Below are positions 9,516-17,785 of a DNA stretch of 64,000 bases, piece after piece (position 1 is the first letter of the stretch; each line of letters begins with the position of its first letter). Source of the stretch: an uncultured Thermoplasmatales archaeon (GTDB lineage: Archaea > Thermoplasmatota > Thermoplasmata > Thermoplasmatales > GCA-001856825); the NCBI GenBank assembly GCA_964541025.1, contig CAZIOW010000001.1, forward strand, positions 1,242-65,241. Reading direction: 5' to 3'. Both the position numbers and the translations under genes were made by a program. The notes beneath the pieces were generated by a model. That model was not told the DNA's origin. It searched no databases and saw only the letters and a list, made by a program, of their open reading frames with translations.

Positions 9516-9806
9516 GTGATAAACGTGGCAGATAACAACACTATTTTCATCGGGAAAAAACCGACAGAAAACTATGTTTTCAGCACTATAATGCTCTTTA
9601 CAAATGGAGCAAGTGAAGTATCAATAAAGGCAAGGGGAATGGCTATAAAGAGGGCAGTAGACGTTGCTGAAATAGTAAAGAGCAGAATGGAATCAATGAT
9701 GAAAACCCCAATAAAATATGGGGACATTAAAATAAGCACAGAAAAGGTTCAGAGAGAGGATGGAGAAAGCAACGTTTCTTCAATTGAAATTGTGCTGAAG
9801 AAGTAG
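9516..9806 (+). CDS. albA: DNA/RNA-binding protein Alba
   Basis: NTIFIGKKPTENYV...ISIKARGMAIKRAVDVAEIVKSR is a typical Alba signature. GTG start. Confidence 0.9.
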   Translation: MINVADNNTIFIGKKPTENYVFSTIMLFTNGASEVSIKARGMAIKRAVDVAEIVKSRMESMMKTPIKYGDIKISTEKVQREDGESNVSSIEIVLKK

Positions 9807-9832
9807 ATGGTGCAACCATCTACAAATTTTTT
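9805..9832 (+). terminator. hairpin plus oligo-T after alba
   Basis: Perfect 7-bp stem AGATGGT(gca)ACCATCT at 9805-9821, overlapping the TAG stop and followed by a T6 run at 9827-9832. Oligo-T tracts are the known archaeal termination signal. Confidence 0.5.
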
Positions 9833-9857
9833 AAATTCATTATCTTTTAACATAGAG

Positions 9858-9889
9858 ATTTATTATCCCCAGATAATTATCTTCCGGGG
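9858..9889 (+). promoter_or_regulatory. putative tgtA promoter region with palindrome
   Basis: ATTTATTA (9858-9865) lies 33 nt before ATG 9898. It is followed by CCCC-AGATAATTATCT-tcc-GGGG (9867-9889), whose 12-bp core is a perfect palindrome. Confidence 0.3.
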
Positions 9890-9897
9890 AAAGGCAA

Positions 9898-11688
9898 ATG
9901 TTTCAATTATCACACAGGGATGGTTTAGCAAGGATTGGAGAAATTACTATAGGCAAAAGAAAATTGAAAACACCCACAATACTTCCAGTTATACACCCAT
10001 TCAAACCAGAACCCTGGTTATCAGAAATTAAAAAGTTAAAAATCGAAGGTATAATAACAAATTCCTACATACTCAAAAAAGGCAATTACAGGGCTGATAT
10101 AAATCTACACGATTATCTGAATTATGATGGAATAATAATGACAGACTCTGGAACATTCCAGGAGCATATGTATGGAGATATACAGGCAAGCAACAGGGAA
10201 ATGATAGAATTCCAGAGCGGAATTGGTTCTGATATCATCACTATAAGAGATGTGTTTTCTGAGATTGATCACAGCAGGGATGAAGTTAAGATGGGTATGG
10301 AAACCACCTACCAAAGGGGGAAAGAGGCAAGTGAAATTTCTAACGGCTACCTTGCACTTCCAGTTCAGGGCGGGCTGTTTCCTGATTTGAGAGTGAGAAG
10401 TGCAGAACTCATGCAATCAATTGGCGGGGAGTATTATCCTATAGGTGGTATTGTCCCCCTAATGGAGAGGTATAGATATTCAGATGTGATAGAGATTATT
10501 TTAAATTCAAAAATAGGTCTGAAAAGTGCATCAGTGATTCATGCATTTGGAGCTGGCCACCCAATGTTCTTTCCTTTACTATTCCTGGCAGGGGTTGATG
10601 TAGTTGACTCGTCAGCATACATCAAATATGCAAGAGAGGATAGAATCATAGTAGATACTGGTACAATTGAGCTTAAAGAAATTGCAGAGGAACTCCCACC
10701 TTCGCCTTACTTCGACGATATATCGCTCAAAGAGTTAATACAGATGAAGGAAGATGAACGGAGGGATACAATAGCCAAACATAATTTATACCTCACAGTT
10801 AAGGAAATTTCAAAGATAAGGGAGGAAATAAGGCAGGAAAATCTTTGGAACTATGTAGAATACAGATCAAGATCACATCCCTTGCTCCTTGAGGCGTACA
10901 GGAAATTATTATCATTTTACGATTTTCTTGAAAAATATGAATCAAGATCAAAAAAATCACCAGTATTCTACACAGGACCAGAAACTTTCGACAGGCCGCT
11001 GATTAGAAGGTTTGTTGAAAAGGAATCCATTGTTGGGAATTTCACAGAGGAAATAAGGAAACCGTATTCATATTTCCTAGATGAACCGGTGGAAGCGGTA
11101 AAAACTCCATTTGGTAATATCTCACTATATATGGATGAGACATATCCCGTGGCCCAGTCTCTGTTCCCAGGGGAATATTATGAGAAAGATTTTGATATAG
11201 CTAAATTCAACAGACCAGAATGGGATAGATACCTTAAAATGAAAGTAAATCATATTTTCAAGTATCAGTTCGGGAAAGGACTGTTTGAAATCATACCAAT
11301 GGAAAGAATAGAATTGCTCAGAAGCAAGAACACAGGTAAAATAAGGAATGTTATTCTGGATAGCAATATTCTTTTATCAATGAGAGCATCCGACGGATTA
11401 TTTAGTATTAACCTGAACAGCTCAAGACTGATACACGATAATTTTCCATATCCAAAGCACAGGATTATAGTAGACAGTGAAGTCATAGATTTCATCAGGG
11501 AAGGAAAAAATGTGTTCAGCAAATTCATCTGCGATGCAGATGAAGGATTACGCCCTGGTGACGAGGTGATAATTGTGGATGAAGATGATGACCTGATAGC
11601 CTATGGGAGGACCCTGTTGAACAGAAAGGAAATGACTGAATTCAAACAGGGAATGGCAGTAAAGAACAGGATAAAGAGCAAGGAATGA
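9898..11688 (+). CDS. tgtA: archaeosine tRNA-guanine transglycosylase (ArcTGT) with C-terminal PUA domain
   Basis: N-terminus MFQLSHRDGLARIGEI. Catalytic MTDSGTFQ, HAFGAGHP and VDSSAY motifs. C-terminal GDEVIIVDEDDDLIAYGRT matches PUA. The CxCxxC zinc motif is replaced by PPSPYFD. Confidence 0.9.
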   Translation: MFQLSHRDGLARIGEITIGKRKLKTPTILPVIHPFKPEPWLSEIKKLKIEGIITNSYILKKGNYRADINLHDYLNYDGIIMTDSGTFQEHMYGDIQASNREMIEFQSGIGSDIITIRDVFSEIDHSRDEVKMGMETTYQRGKEASEISNGYLALPVQGGLFPDLRVRSAELMQSIGGEYYPIGGIVPLMERYRYSDVIEIILNSKIGLKSASVIHAFGAGHPMFFPLLFLAGVDVVDSSAYIKYAREDRIIVDTGTIELKEIAEELPPSPYFDDISLKELIQMKEDERRDTIAKHNLYLTVKEISKIREEIRQENLWNYVEYRSRSHPLLLEAYRKLLSFYDFLEKYESRSKKSPVFYTGPETFDRPLIRRFVEKESIVGNFTEEIRKPYSYFLDEPVEAVKTPFGNISLYMDETYPVAQSLFPGEYYEKDFDIAKFNRPEWDRYLKMKVNHIFKYQFGKGLFEIIPMERIELLRSKNTGKIRNVILDSNILLSMRASDGLFSINLNSSRLIHDNFPYPKHRIIVDSEVIDFIREGKNVFSKFICDADEGLRPGDEVIIVDEDDDLIAYGRTLLNRKEMTEFKQGMAVKNRIKSKE

Positions 11689-11726
11689 ATTAGAAATTTA
11701 TTAATCAGTATAAATTATCAGAGAGC

Positions 11727-12491
11727 GTGGAAATCAGAAGAGTAAAATCTATTGATGAATACAAGAGAGTAGAGGATATGCAGAGGGAAATATGGGGAAT
11801 GGAGGGAGAATATCCAGTCCCAGTGACCATTCTTGTCGCAATAAATAACAATGGAGGTTTGGTGGAAATAGCGTTGGATGGTGAGAAAGCGGTCGGATTC
11901 AGCCTAGCATTCCCTGGAAGAAAGGATGATTACAAATATCTTTATTCTCACATGGCCGGCGTAATTGAGGATTACAGGAATTCCAATATAGGATACGAAA
12001 TAAAGATGCATCAGTTCAAGGTTGCAAGGGAACTCGGTTATAATGAAGTCAGATGGACTTTTGATCCCCTGAAGGTCAGGAATTCATATTTCAATACCCA
12101 TAAACTGAAAGCATTCGCTTATGATTACAAGCTAAATTATTATGGTCACATGGACAGCAGGGAGAACAGGGGTGTAGAATCAGACAGGATAGAGGCTCAT
12201 AAATTTCTTGACAGGATTCCCGTGAGCAACAATCAATTCACCGTATTGGGAAAAATTAAGGAAGGAAATAGACCTTATGACTATTTATCAGAACCGAGTG
12301 ACGATTTTGTTGGTCTTGAGGTACCTGAAGAAATACCAAGGGATGACTTAAAAATACTTCGAAAATGGAGGGAAAAGACGAGGGAAGCATTTATGAAATT
12401 AGAGGAAAAGAAATATGTCATGGTGGACGTGAAGAGAGAAAGCCCATCTGCATATCTTATATTTGCAAAAAGAGAAAAATCAGGATTGTAA
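11727..12491 (+). CDS. GNAT-fold protein of the uncharacterised predicted-acetyltransferase family
   Basis: WTFDPLKVRNSYFNTHKLKA and NYYGHMDSRENRGVESDR match the conserved core I recall for that family. GTG start. Confidence 0.65.
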   Translation: MEIRRVKSIDEYKRVEDMQREIWGMEGEYPVPVTILVAINNNGGLVEIALDGEKAVGFSLAFPGRKDDYKYLYSHMAGVIEDYRNSNIGYEIKMHQFKVARELGYNEVRWTFDPLKVRNSYFNTHKLKAFAYDYKLNYYGHMDSRENRGVESDRIEAHKFLDRIPVSNNQFTVLGKIKEGNRPYDYLSEPSDDFVGLEVPEEIPRDDLKILRKWREKTREAFMKLEEKKYVMVDVKRESPSAYLIFAKREKSGL

Positions 12492-12493
12492 AA

Positions 12494-12727
12494 TTACATT
12501 GTGAAGTCTTCTGCTTCCGGCTCTTTTCTCTTTTTTGGCATCTTCTTGTTTTTCCAGTATGTTGTCACATAACCTGCAACAAGATTCCTGAGCTTCTTGG
12601 ACGCATCAGGAAGGACCTTATCTATAACCTCCTTGTTATGATTGAAATCTTTATCTAAATAAAGCTCATATTTCTCGTAAACTGTCCTGGCAACTGTCTT
12701 AACCAATGTTGGCCTAATGGCTCCCAT
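12494..12727 (-). CDS. rps17e: 30S ribosomal protein S17e
   Basis: MGAIRPTLVKTVARTVYEKY N-terminus. 77 aa, basic. Confidence 0.9.
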   Translation of the reverse strand: MGAIRPTLVKTVARTVYEKYELYLDKDFNHNKEVIDKVLPDASKKLRNLVAGYVTTYWKNKKMPKKRKEPEAEDFTM

Positions 12728-12760
12728 ACCATCGGTATAAATATTAACTAATTAAATATT

Positions 12761-13822
12761 TCACTGATTTTCTGAAAATTCACCATTGCCCTTCAAAACT
12801 ATGAACAGGGCATTGTAAAGTGGCAATGAGTAATTTCCTTCCTTAAATTCACTGTAATCCCCCATCAGCTCTAGCTTTGTACTTTTGGTGATCTTTACTT
12901 GTGCAGTTACCTCCCTAAATTCATCAGGTACTGCCTCTATCAGAGGATCGAAACTTTCTATTCTATCAGGATCAATGTACAACACCCTTAATCCAGATTT
13001 CCCGTGGAGACTGTTTGGTGTCCTTATCAGTCTGTGAATGTCAATAGTGACGGGTTCGTCTATTAGGGCAGCAAATTCCTTCTTCGTTCTCTTGCTCGCC
13101 TCCTTTTGCAATATTTCAGTGAGTCTTGAGTCCTTCTTTGACCGGATCCCCTGCAAATCATTGCCAGTTTCCTTTCCAATTTTATCTTTCCATTTTTTAT
13201 CAGAGTCAATTATTTCCTTCATTTGCTTGAGTTTCTGCTCAACCCTGATGCTCCATTTATTCTTTGGGTTAAGTGGAAATTCTCCAGAGATGCACCTCCC
13301 TGTAATGTAATCAACTATCTCCCTCCTCTCCTGACTCTCTATATCATTGAATATATTGTATACGTGGACATGATAACCTCTGCTGCCAGAGAATACAACT
13401 TCCATATTATTCCAATTCAGATCAAAATCGTCCCTCAACAGAATTATAAGTTTCTTCAGCTCCTTTTTGACCTCTCCGAGCATCACGGAATAGCTCATCT
13501 TTTCAGCGCCTTCAATGTGATCACCGTCAATATCGAATATAAGGTCTGCACCTTTCCATTTTTTTGAATCCATATCTTCTGAAGGGCTCTCATAGTATGC
13601 ACTAGAATAATAGAAATGCTGGGGAATGTTTTCATTTATGAATGACATCATTTTCCCTGGACTGCTGAATGAGGTGTGACGCGTCATACCTGCCTTATCG
13701 AAAAATGAAAATGCTATTTCTCTCATTTCCAGTTTCCTGATTCCAAAAATTTCAGGGTTTTTTATATTGGAATAATAAAGATGAAAAAATTCCTTAGCTT
13801 TTGTTATAGAAAGATCATTCAT
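12761..13822 (-). CDS. priS: DNA primase small (catalytic) subunit PriS
   Basis: ADLIFDIDGDH (motif I), FSGSRGYHVHV (motif II) and RTPNSLHGKSG. Only one Cys in the whole protein. Confidence 0.9.
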   Translation of the reverse strand: MNDLSITKAKEFFHLYYSNIKNPEIFGIRKLEMREIAFSFFDKAGMTRHTSFSSPGKMMSFINENIPQHFYYSSAYYESPSEDMDSKKWKGADLIFDIDGDHIEGAEKMSYSVMLGEVKKELKKLIILLRDDFDLNWNNMEVVFSGSRGYHVHVYNIFNDIESQERREIVDYITGRCISGEFPLNPKNKWSIRVEQKLKQMKEIIDSDKKWKDKIGKETGNDLQGIRSKKDSRLTEILQKEASKRTKKEFAALIDEPVTIDIHRLIRTPNSLHGKSGLRVLYIDPDRIESFDPLIEAVPDEFREVTAQVKITKSTKLELMGDYSEFKEGNYSLPLYNALFIVLKGNGEFSENQ

Positions 13823-14366
13823 CTTTTTTCCTGTTGAAGACGAAATACAGGATTATTACTGACGCTATCACTCCCCCGGCAAATATGAATCCGTAGGTTG
13901 ACCTGGTTGTGGGTATTGAAAAGCTTCCAGGAGTAGAATTATAAAATCCGGGGAGAGCCCCTGCATTCAATTTTTCCTGATTTGTATAACCATCTCCAGT
14001 TGCATCAAGATTAGCTATCTGCTTGAAAGCGAGTGTTGCATTGAATATGGTAAAATTTCCAATCGTTTCCATAGCCTCTATAAATTCGGCTCCATAAGGA
14101 TTGAGGCCTGTAAGCGAATAGTCAAACAGAAGATATTGCTTCAATGGACTGTTCTTCCAGTTATACGTTGAGAAGTTTGTACTGTAAATTATAGGATAAA
14201 CTACATTTAGCCATTGAGTATCCGTAATTGTAATATTGTAACCGGTAAAAGTGTGGTAACTTATTGTTGGATACACTACAGTGCTCTGTGCATGAGCTCC
14301 AGTGTTAACATAACTCATGGAAAGCATTAGAATCAACATTGCTACTATCAGGTATTTCCAATTCAC
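13815..14366 (-). CDS. secreted/surface protein with signal peptide and C-terminal TM anchor
   Basis: N-terminal hydrophobic signal (LIVAMLILMLSMSYVNTGAHA). Several N-x-S/T sequons. C-terminal GFIFAGGVIASVIILYFVF followed by NRKKDE. It overlaps the priS start by 8 nt. Confidence 0.65.
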   Translation of the reverse strand: MNWKYLIVAMLILMLSMSYVNTGAHAQSTVVYPTISYHTFTGYNITITDTQWLNVVYPIIYSTNFSTYNWKNSPLKQYLLFDYSLTGLNPYGAEFIEAMETIGNFTIFNATLAFKQIANLDATGDGYTNQEKLNAGALPGFYNSTPGSFSIPTTRSTYGFIFAGGVIASVIILYFVFNRKKDE

Positions 14367-14389
14367 GGGGGTGGATAAGATTAAGAGTT

Positions 14390-15196
14390 TTAAAATTTTT
14401 CCTTCATATGTTCAACCGCTGATAGGAAAAACCTGTAACCCATCCCTTCCCCATTTCCGTTCCTTGTCCAGTCGGATTCAGTAATCTTATAAAATACCCT
14501 TTCAGGGTGAGGCATGAGTCCGAGTACATTTCCCATTTCGTTGCACAGCCCTGCTATATTCATAGTAGAGCCATTGGGATTCCAAGGATATCCCGACTCC
14601 TTTCCATTGCTGTCAACGTAGCTCAGTGCATTCATTTTTCTCCTCATTATTTCATTCAGGATTCTCTCGTCTCTGGTAATGAATCTTCCCTCCATATGGG
14701 CAATCGGAAGTTTAAGTATTTCTCCTTCCTGGAATTTTTTCAGGAAAATGCATTTATTATTGTTCACCTTCACATATACTGTTCTTGCCTCAAATCTATT
14801 GGATATATTCTGTGCCAGAGCTGCCTCTGTTTCCCATTTTCCTTCAATATTCGGGAGGAGGCCAAGCTCTATTAGGACCTGGAATCCATTGCAAGGTCCC
14901 ATTATTAGCCTTCCATCATTGACGAAATTCTCTAAATCCTTTGAAAGTTTTGCCTTAATTCTGGCGGCCATTATTGCTCCTGCCCTTATATAATCGCCTG
15001 CCGAGAATCCGCCAGGAAGGAATATGAGATCATAATCTCCTATTTTTTTTATTGAATTTTCAAATTTCTTTATGTGTACAATTTCTGCATTTGCACCAGC
15101 ATGGGTTAAGGAAAGGTAAGCCTCCATCTCATTGTTCGTCCCCTCCATCGTCAATACTGCTGCCTTAGGATTTTTCAAGAGTATCCCTCCTTCCAT
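14390..15196 (-). CDS. purQ: phosphoribosylformylglycinamidine synthase, glutaminase subunit PurQ
   Basis: LPGGFSAGDY, the GPCNGFQ catalytic Cys motif and MPHPER. Confidence 0.9.
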   Translation of the reverse strand: MEGGILLKNPKAAVLTMEGTNNEMEAYLSLTHAGANAEIVHIKKFENSIKKIGDYDLIFLPGGFSAGDYIRAGAIMAARIKAKLSKDLENFVNDGRLIMGPCNGFQVLIELGLLPNIEGKWETEAALAQNISNRFEARTVYVKVNNNKCIFLKKFQEGEILKLPIAHMEGRFITRDERILNEIMRRKMNALSYVDSNGKESGYPWNPNGSTMNIAGLCNEMGNVLGLMPHPERVFYKITESDWTRNGNGEGMGYRFFLSAVEHMKEKF

Positions 15197-17433
15197 TTCT
15201 TTCTTATTTTATAAGGCTCAATTCTGAAAAGTTTCTCCTCACCATTCACACCTGTGAATAGTTCAGAGGTATATCCTAAAAGGAATATATCATCACCGAA
15301 TATTTCCTTCATTCTTTCTTCACTACCTTTGCTTCCCTCCAGAACAAACCTTGATTGTGTCTCTGAGAAAAGGAATGTATCGCTTCTCATTCCAAAGGCA
15401 GATAAATCGATGTCCACTCCTATTCCGGAACCAATTGTCATCTCGGCAAGAGCAACAGCCAAGCCACCGTCAGATATATCGTGAGAAGAAAGGATGAGGC
15501 CATCATTCCAGGCCTTATGGAATTTTGCTATTCTTGTTTTAAGTGTTAGGGGGTCAGAATTTGGCACATTACTATCACGGAATTTTCTGATTCTGGAATA
15601 AAGGGTACCCCCCATCTCCGGATAGGGGAATCCTATCATATACACAGGATTTTCCAAGCCTTTAAAATCAGGAGTAAGTGCTCTTTCTAAGTTGTCAATT
15701 TTTCCAACAGCAAGGATTGTTGGAAGAGTGGGGATTCTACTCTTCCCAGTCTGGTTGTAGAATGATACATTGCCTGATACATAAGGTATTTCAAGGGAGG
15801 ATGCTGAATCCCTTAATCCAGAAAGCATGGAAATGAATTCCCCCATTACCTCGGGTATCTCTGGATTACCCGCATTCAGGCAGTCTGAAAATGCAATAGG
15901 CGTTGCACCTGAAGATACAATATTCCTGACTGCCTCATCAACTGCAGCCTTTGCACCTCTGAATGGGTCTATTTTAGAATAGAAAGGATTTGATCCATGG
16001 GATATTGCAATTCCCTCCTTCCTGTCCCACGATGGTCTTATGATCGAGGCATCAGTAGGTCCTTCGAAGCCGACATTCCCAGAAAAAGGTCCAACGACCG
16101 TGCTTCCTCTTACTGTATGGTCATACTGTCTTACAGCAAACTCCCTTGTTCTAACATTAACATTTCCAACCATTTTAAGAATTATAGTCCCGATATTATT
16201 TGGGTAACTGGGAAGAAAACTTTCCCTTGAATGTTTAACGGCTCTGTAAGATCTCTGATAAAGAGGAGAAGACGTCAGGAATTCAAGGTCCATATCAAGT
16301 ACCTTCTGACCTTCATAATATATTTTAAGATCCTTTCCAAGCCTGCTCTCACCTATTATTTCTGCGGTGATATCCCATGAATTTAAAACTTCCATTACCT
16401 TGTTCACATTTATTTCCTCTACAGCAAGCATCATCCTCTCCTGGCTTTCTGAAATCCATATTTCCCAGGGTTTCATATCGGATTCTTTGAGAGGTACTTT
16501 GTCAAGATAGATGTCCCCTCCCATACCTCCACTCAAAAGCATCTCCCCTATAACGCTGCTGAGGCCACCTCCCCCAAGGTCCTTGAGAGCATATAAAAGC
16601 TTCCTTTCATTTGCTTCAAGTACAGCATGAATAAGCGGTTCCTTGATAATGGGATTTCCAAGCTGGACGGTAGTGGAATCTTCTCCCCCTTTTTCAAGAG
16701 TCTTTGATGCCATATTGACTCCGTGTATTCCATCCCTCCCTGTTTTTCCCCCTGCGATAATAAGTTTCAATCCCGGCTTGTCAACAGATGCTTTCATCAC
16801 ATTGCTTTTTTTAACTACCCCTACGCATCCAACATTAACTAGGACATTTGGAACAAAATCTCCGGAATAAAAAATACCCCCCGAGACCGTGGGTATTCCA
16901 ACCCTGTTCCCGTAATCCCTTATAACAGATATTACACCACTTTCTATGAACTTCGGGGATGGAAAGCCTTTCTTGTTCCTATCCCCAAAGTAGAGCACAT
17001 CTGTGACAGCGACTGGCTGTCCGCCCATGCTAAGGACATCTCTCAGTATTCCCCCAACTCCGGTCGCAGCCCCCCCATATGGTTCTATAGCTGACGGGTG
17101 ATTATGACTCTCCATTTTCAGAGCTATCGCCAGATCATCTGTGAAATCAACAAGACCCGCATCTCCCTGTGATAATATCTTATTCGGTGCTATTCCAAAA
17201 ATGAATTTTTTTAGAAAAATCTTGGAGCTTTTGTATCCACAGTGCTCACTCCAGGCCTGTCCTAGAGCTTGCAATTCAACATCTGTTGGATTTCTATTTA
17301 GGAAGGAAAAGTAGCTCTTTATCCTCAACATTTCTTCAGCTGAAAGCCCAAGGTTATAATTTTTTGATATTCTATCCAGTTCTTTTTTTCCAGAATTTAA
17401 AATATCGATTATTTCAAAAAATTCAGAATTCAT
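15175..17433 (-). CDS. purL: phosphoribosylformylglycinamidine synthase subunit PurL
   Basis: WSEHCGYKSS, MESHNHPS and GGAATGVGGILRD. The track start is 17454. I prefer ATG 17433 because AGGTGGAG lies 5 nt upstream. Confidence 0.9.
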   Translation of the reverse strand: MNSEFFEIIDILNSGKKELDRISKNYNLGLSAEEMLRIKSYFSFLNRNPTDVELQALGQAWSEHCGYKSSKIFLKKFIFGIAPNKILSQGDAGLVDFTDDLAIALKMESHNHPSAIEPYGGAATGVGGILRDVLSMGGQPVAVTDVLYFGDRNKKGFPSPKFIESGVISVIRDYGNRVGIPTVSGGIFYSGDFVPNVLVNVGCVGVVKKSNVMKASVDKPGLKLIIAGGKTGRDGIHGVNMASKTLEKGGEDSTTVQLGNPIIKEPLIHAVLEANERKLLYALKDLGGGGLSSVIGEMLLSGGMGGDIYLDKVPLKESDMKPWEIWISESQERMMLAVEEINVNKVMEVLNSWDITAEIIGESRLGKDLKIYYEGQKVLDMDLEFLTSSPLYQRSYRAVKHSRESFLPSYPNNIGTIILKMVGNVNVRTREFAVRQYDHTVRGSTVVGPFSGNVGFEGPTDASIIRPSWDRKEGIAISHGSNPFYSKIDPFRGAKAAVDEAVRNIVSSGATPIAFSDCLNAGNPEIPEVMGEFISMLSGLRDSASSLEIPYVSGNVSFYNQTGKSRIPTLPTILAVGKIDNLERALTPDFKGLENPVYMIGFPYPEMGGTLYSRIRKFRDSNVPNSDPLTLKTRIAKFHKAWNDGLILSSHDISDGGLAVALAEMTIGSGIGVDIDLSAFGMRSDTFLFSETQSRFVLEGSKGSEERMKEIFGDDIFLLGYTSELFTGVNGEEKLFRIEPYKIRKKWKEGYS

Positions 17434-17659
17434 CAAGCTCCACCTTGCAATCATTTATCACAGGGTTGGCAAGCAGCTTAGAACAGAACTCTTTCCCATC
17501 CTGAAGAGTTGCATTTTCCATTTCGATATAATATATTTTTCCGGTTCTCACATTCCCTATACTTTCATAACCAAGCAATTTTAAAGCCTTAATTACTGAC
17601 TGTCCTTCAGCATCCTCAACACTTTTCTTTAGAGTAACAGTAATTTTAAGAAGAGGCAT
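17423..17659 (-). CDS. purS: phosphoribosylformylglycinamidine synthase subunit PurS
   Basis: 78 aa. The VTLKKSVEDAEGQSVIKALKLLGY pattern. Lies immediately upstream of purL. Confidence 0.85.
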   Translation of the reverse strand: MPLLKITVTLKKSVEDAEGQSVIKALKLLGYESIGNVRTGKIYYIEMENATLQDGKEFCSKLLANPVINDCKVELDEF

Positions 17660-17785
17660 GATGGTTAATCAACTGTAAGTAAATAATCTTTTGAATTATA
17701 AGAAAATAAGAGTTTAATTTGAAGGGAATCGCGGCTCCTAATGATTTTATTAACAAATAAGAGAAAACAGGCATCTTAGGTCTTT

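Noticed and set aside
9807-10031. 74-aa + strand ORF spanning the alba-tgtA spacer and the tgtA 5' end
   Set aside because: It overlaps tgtA in a different frame and runs through the terminator and promoter elements. The tgtA N-terminus (MFQLSHRDGLARIG) is canonical.
12365-12658. 97-aa + strand ORF
   Set aside because: It overlaps the 3' end of the GNAT-fold gene and is antisense to rps17e. Both of those have clear family signatures.
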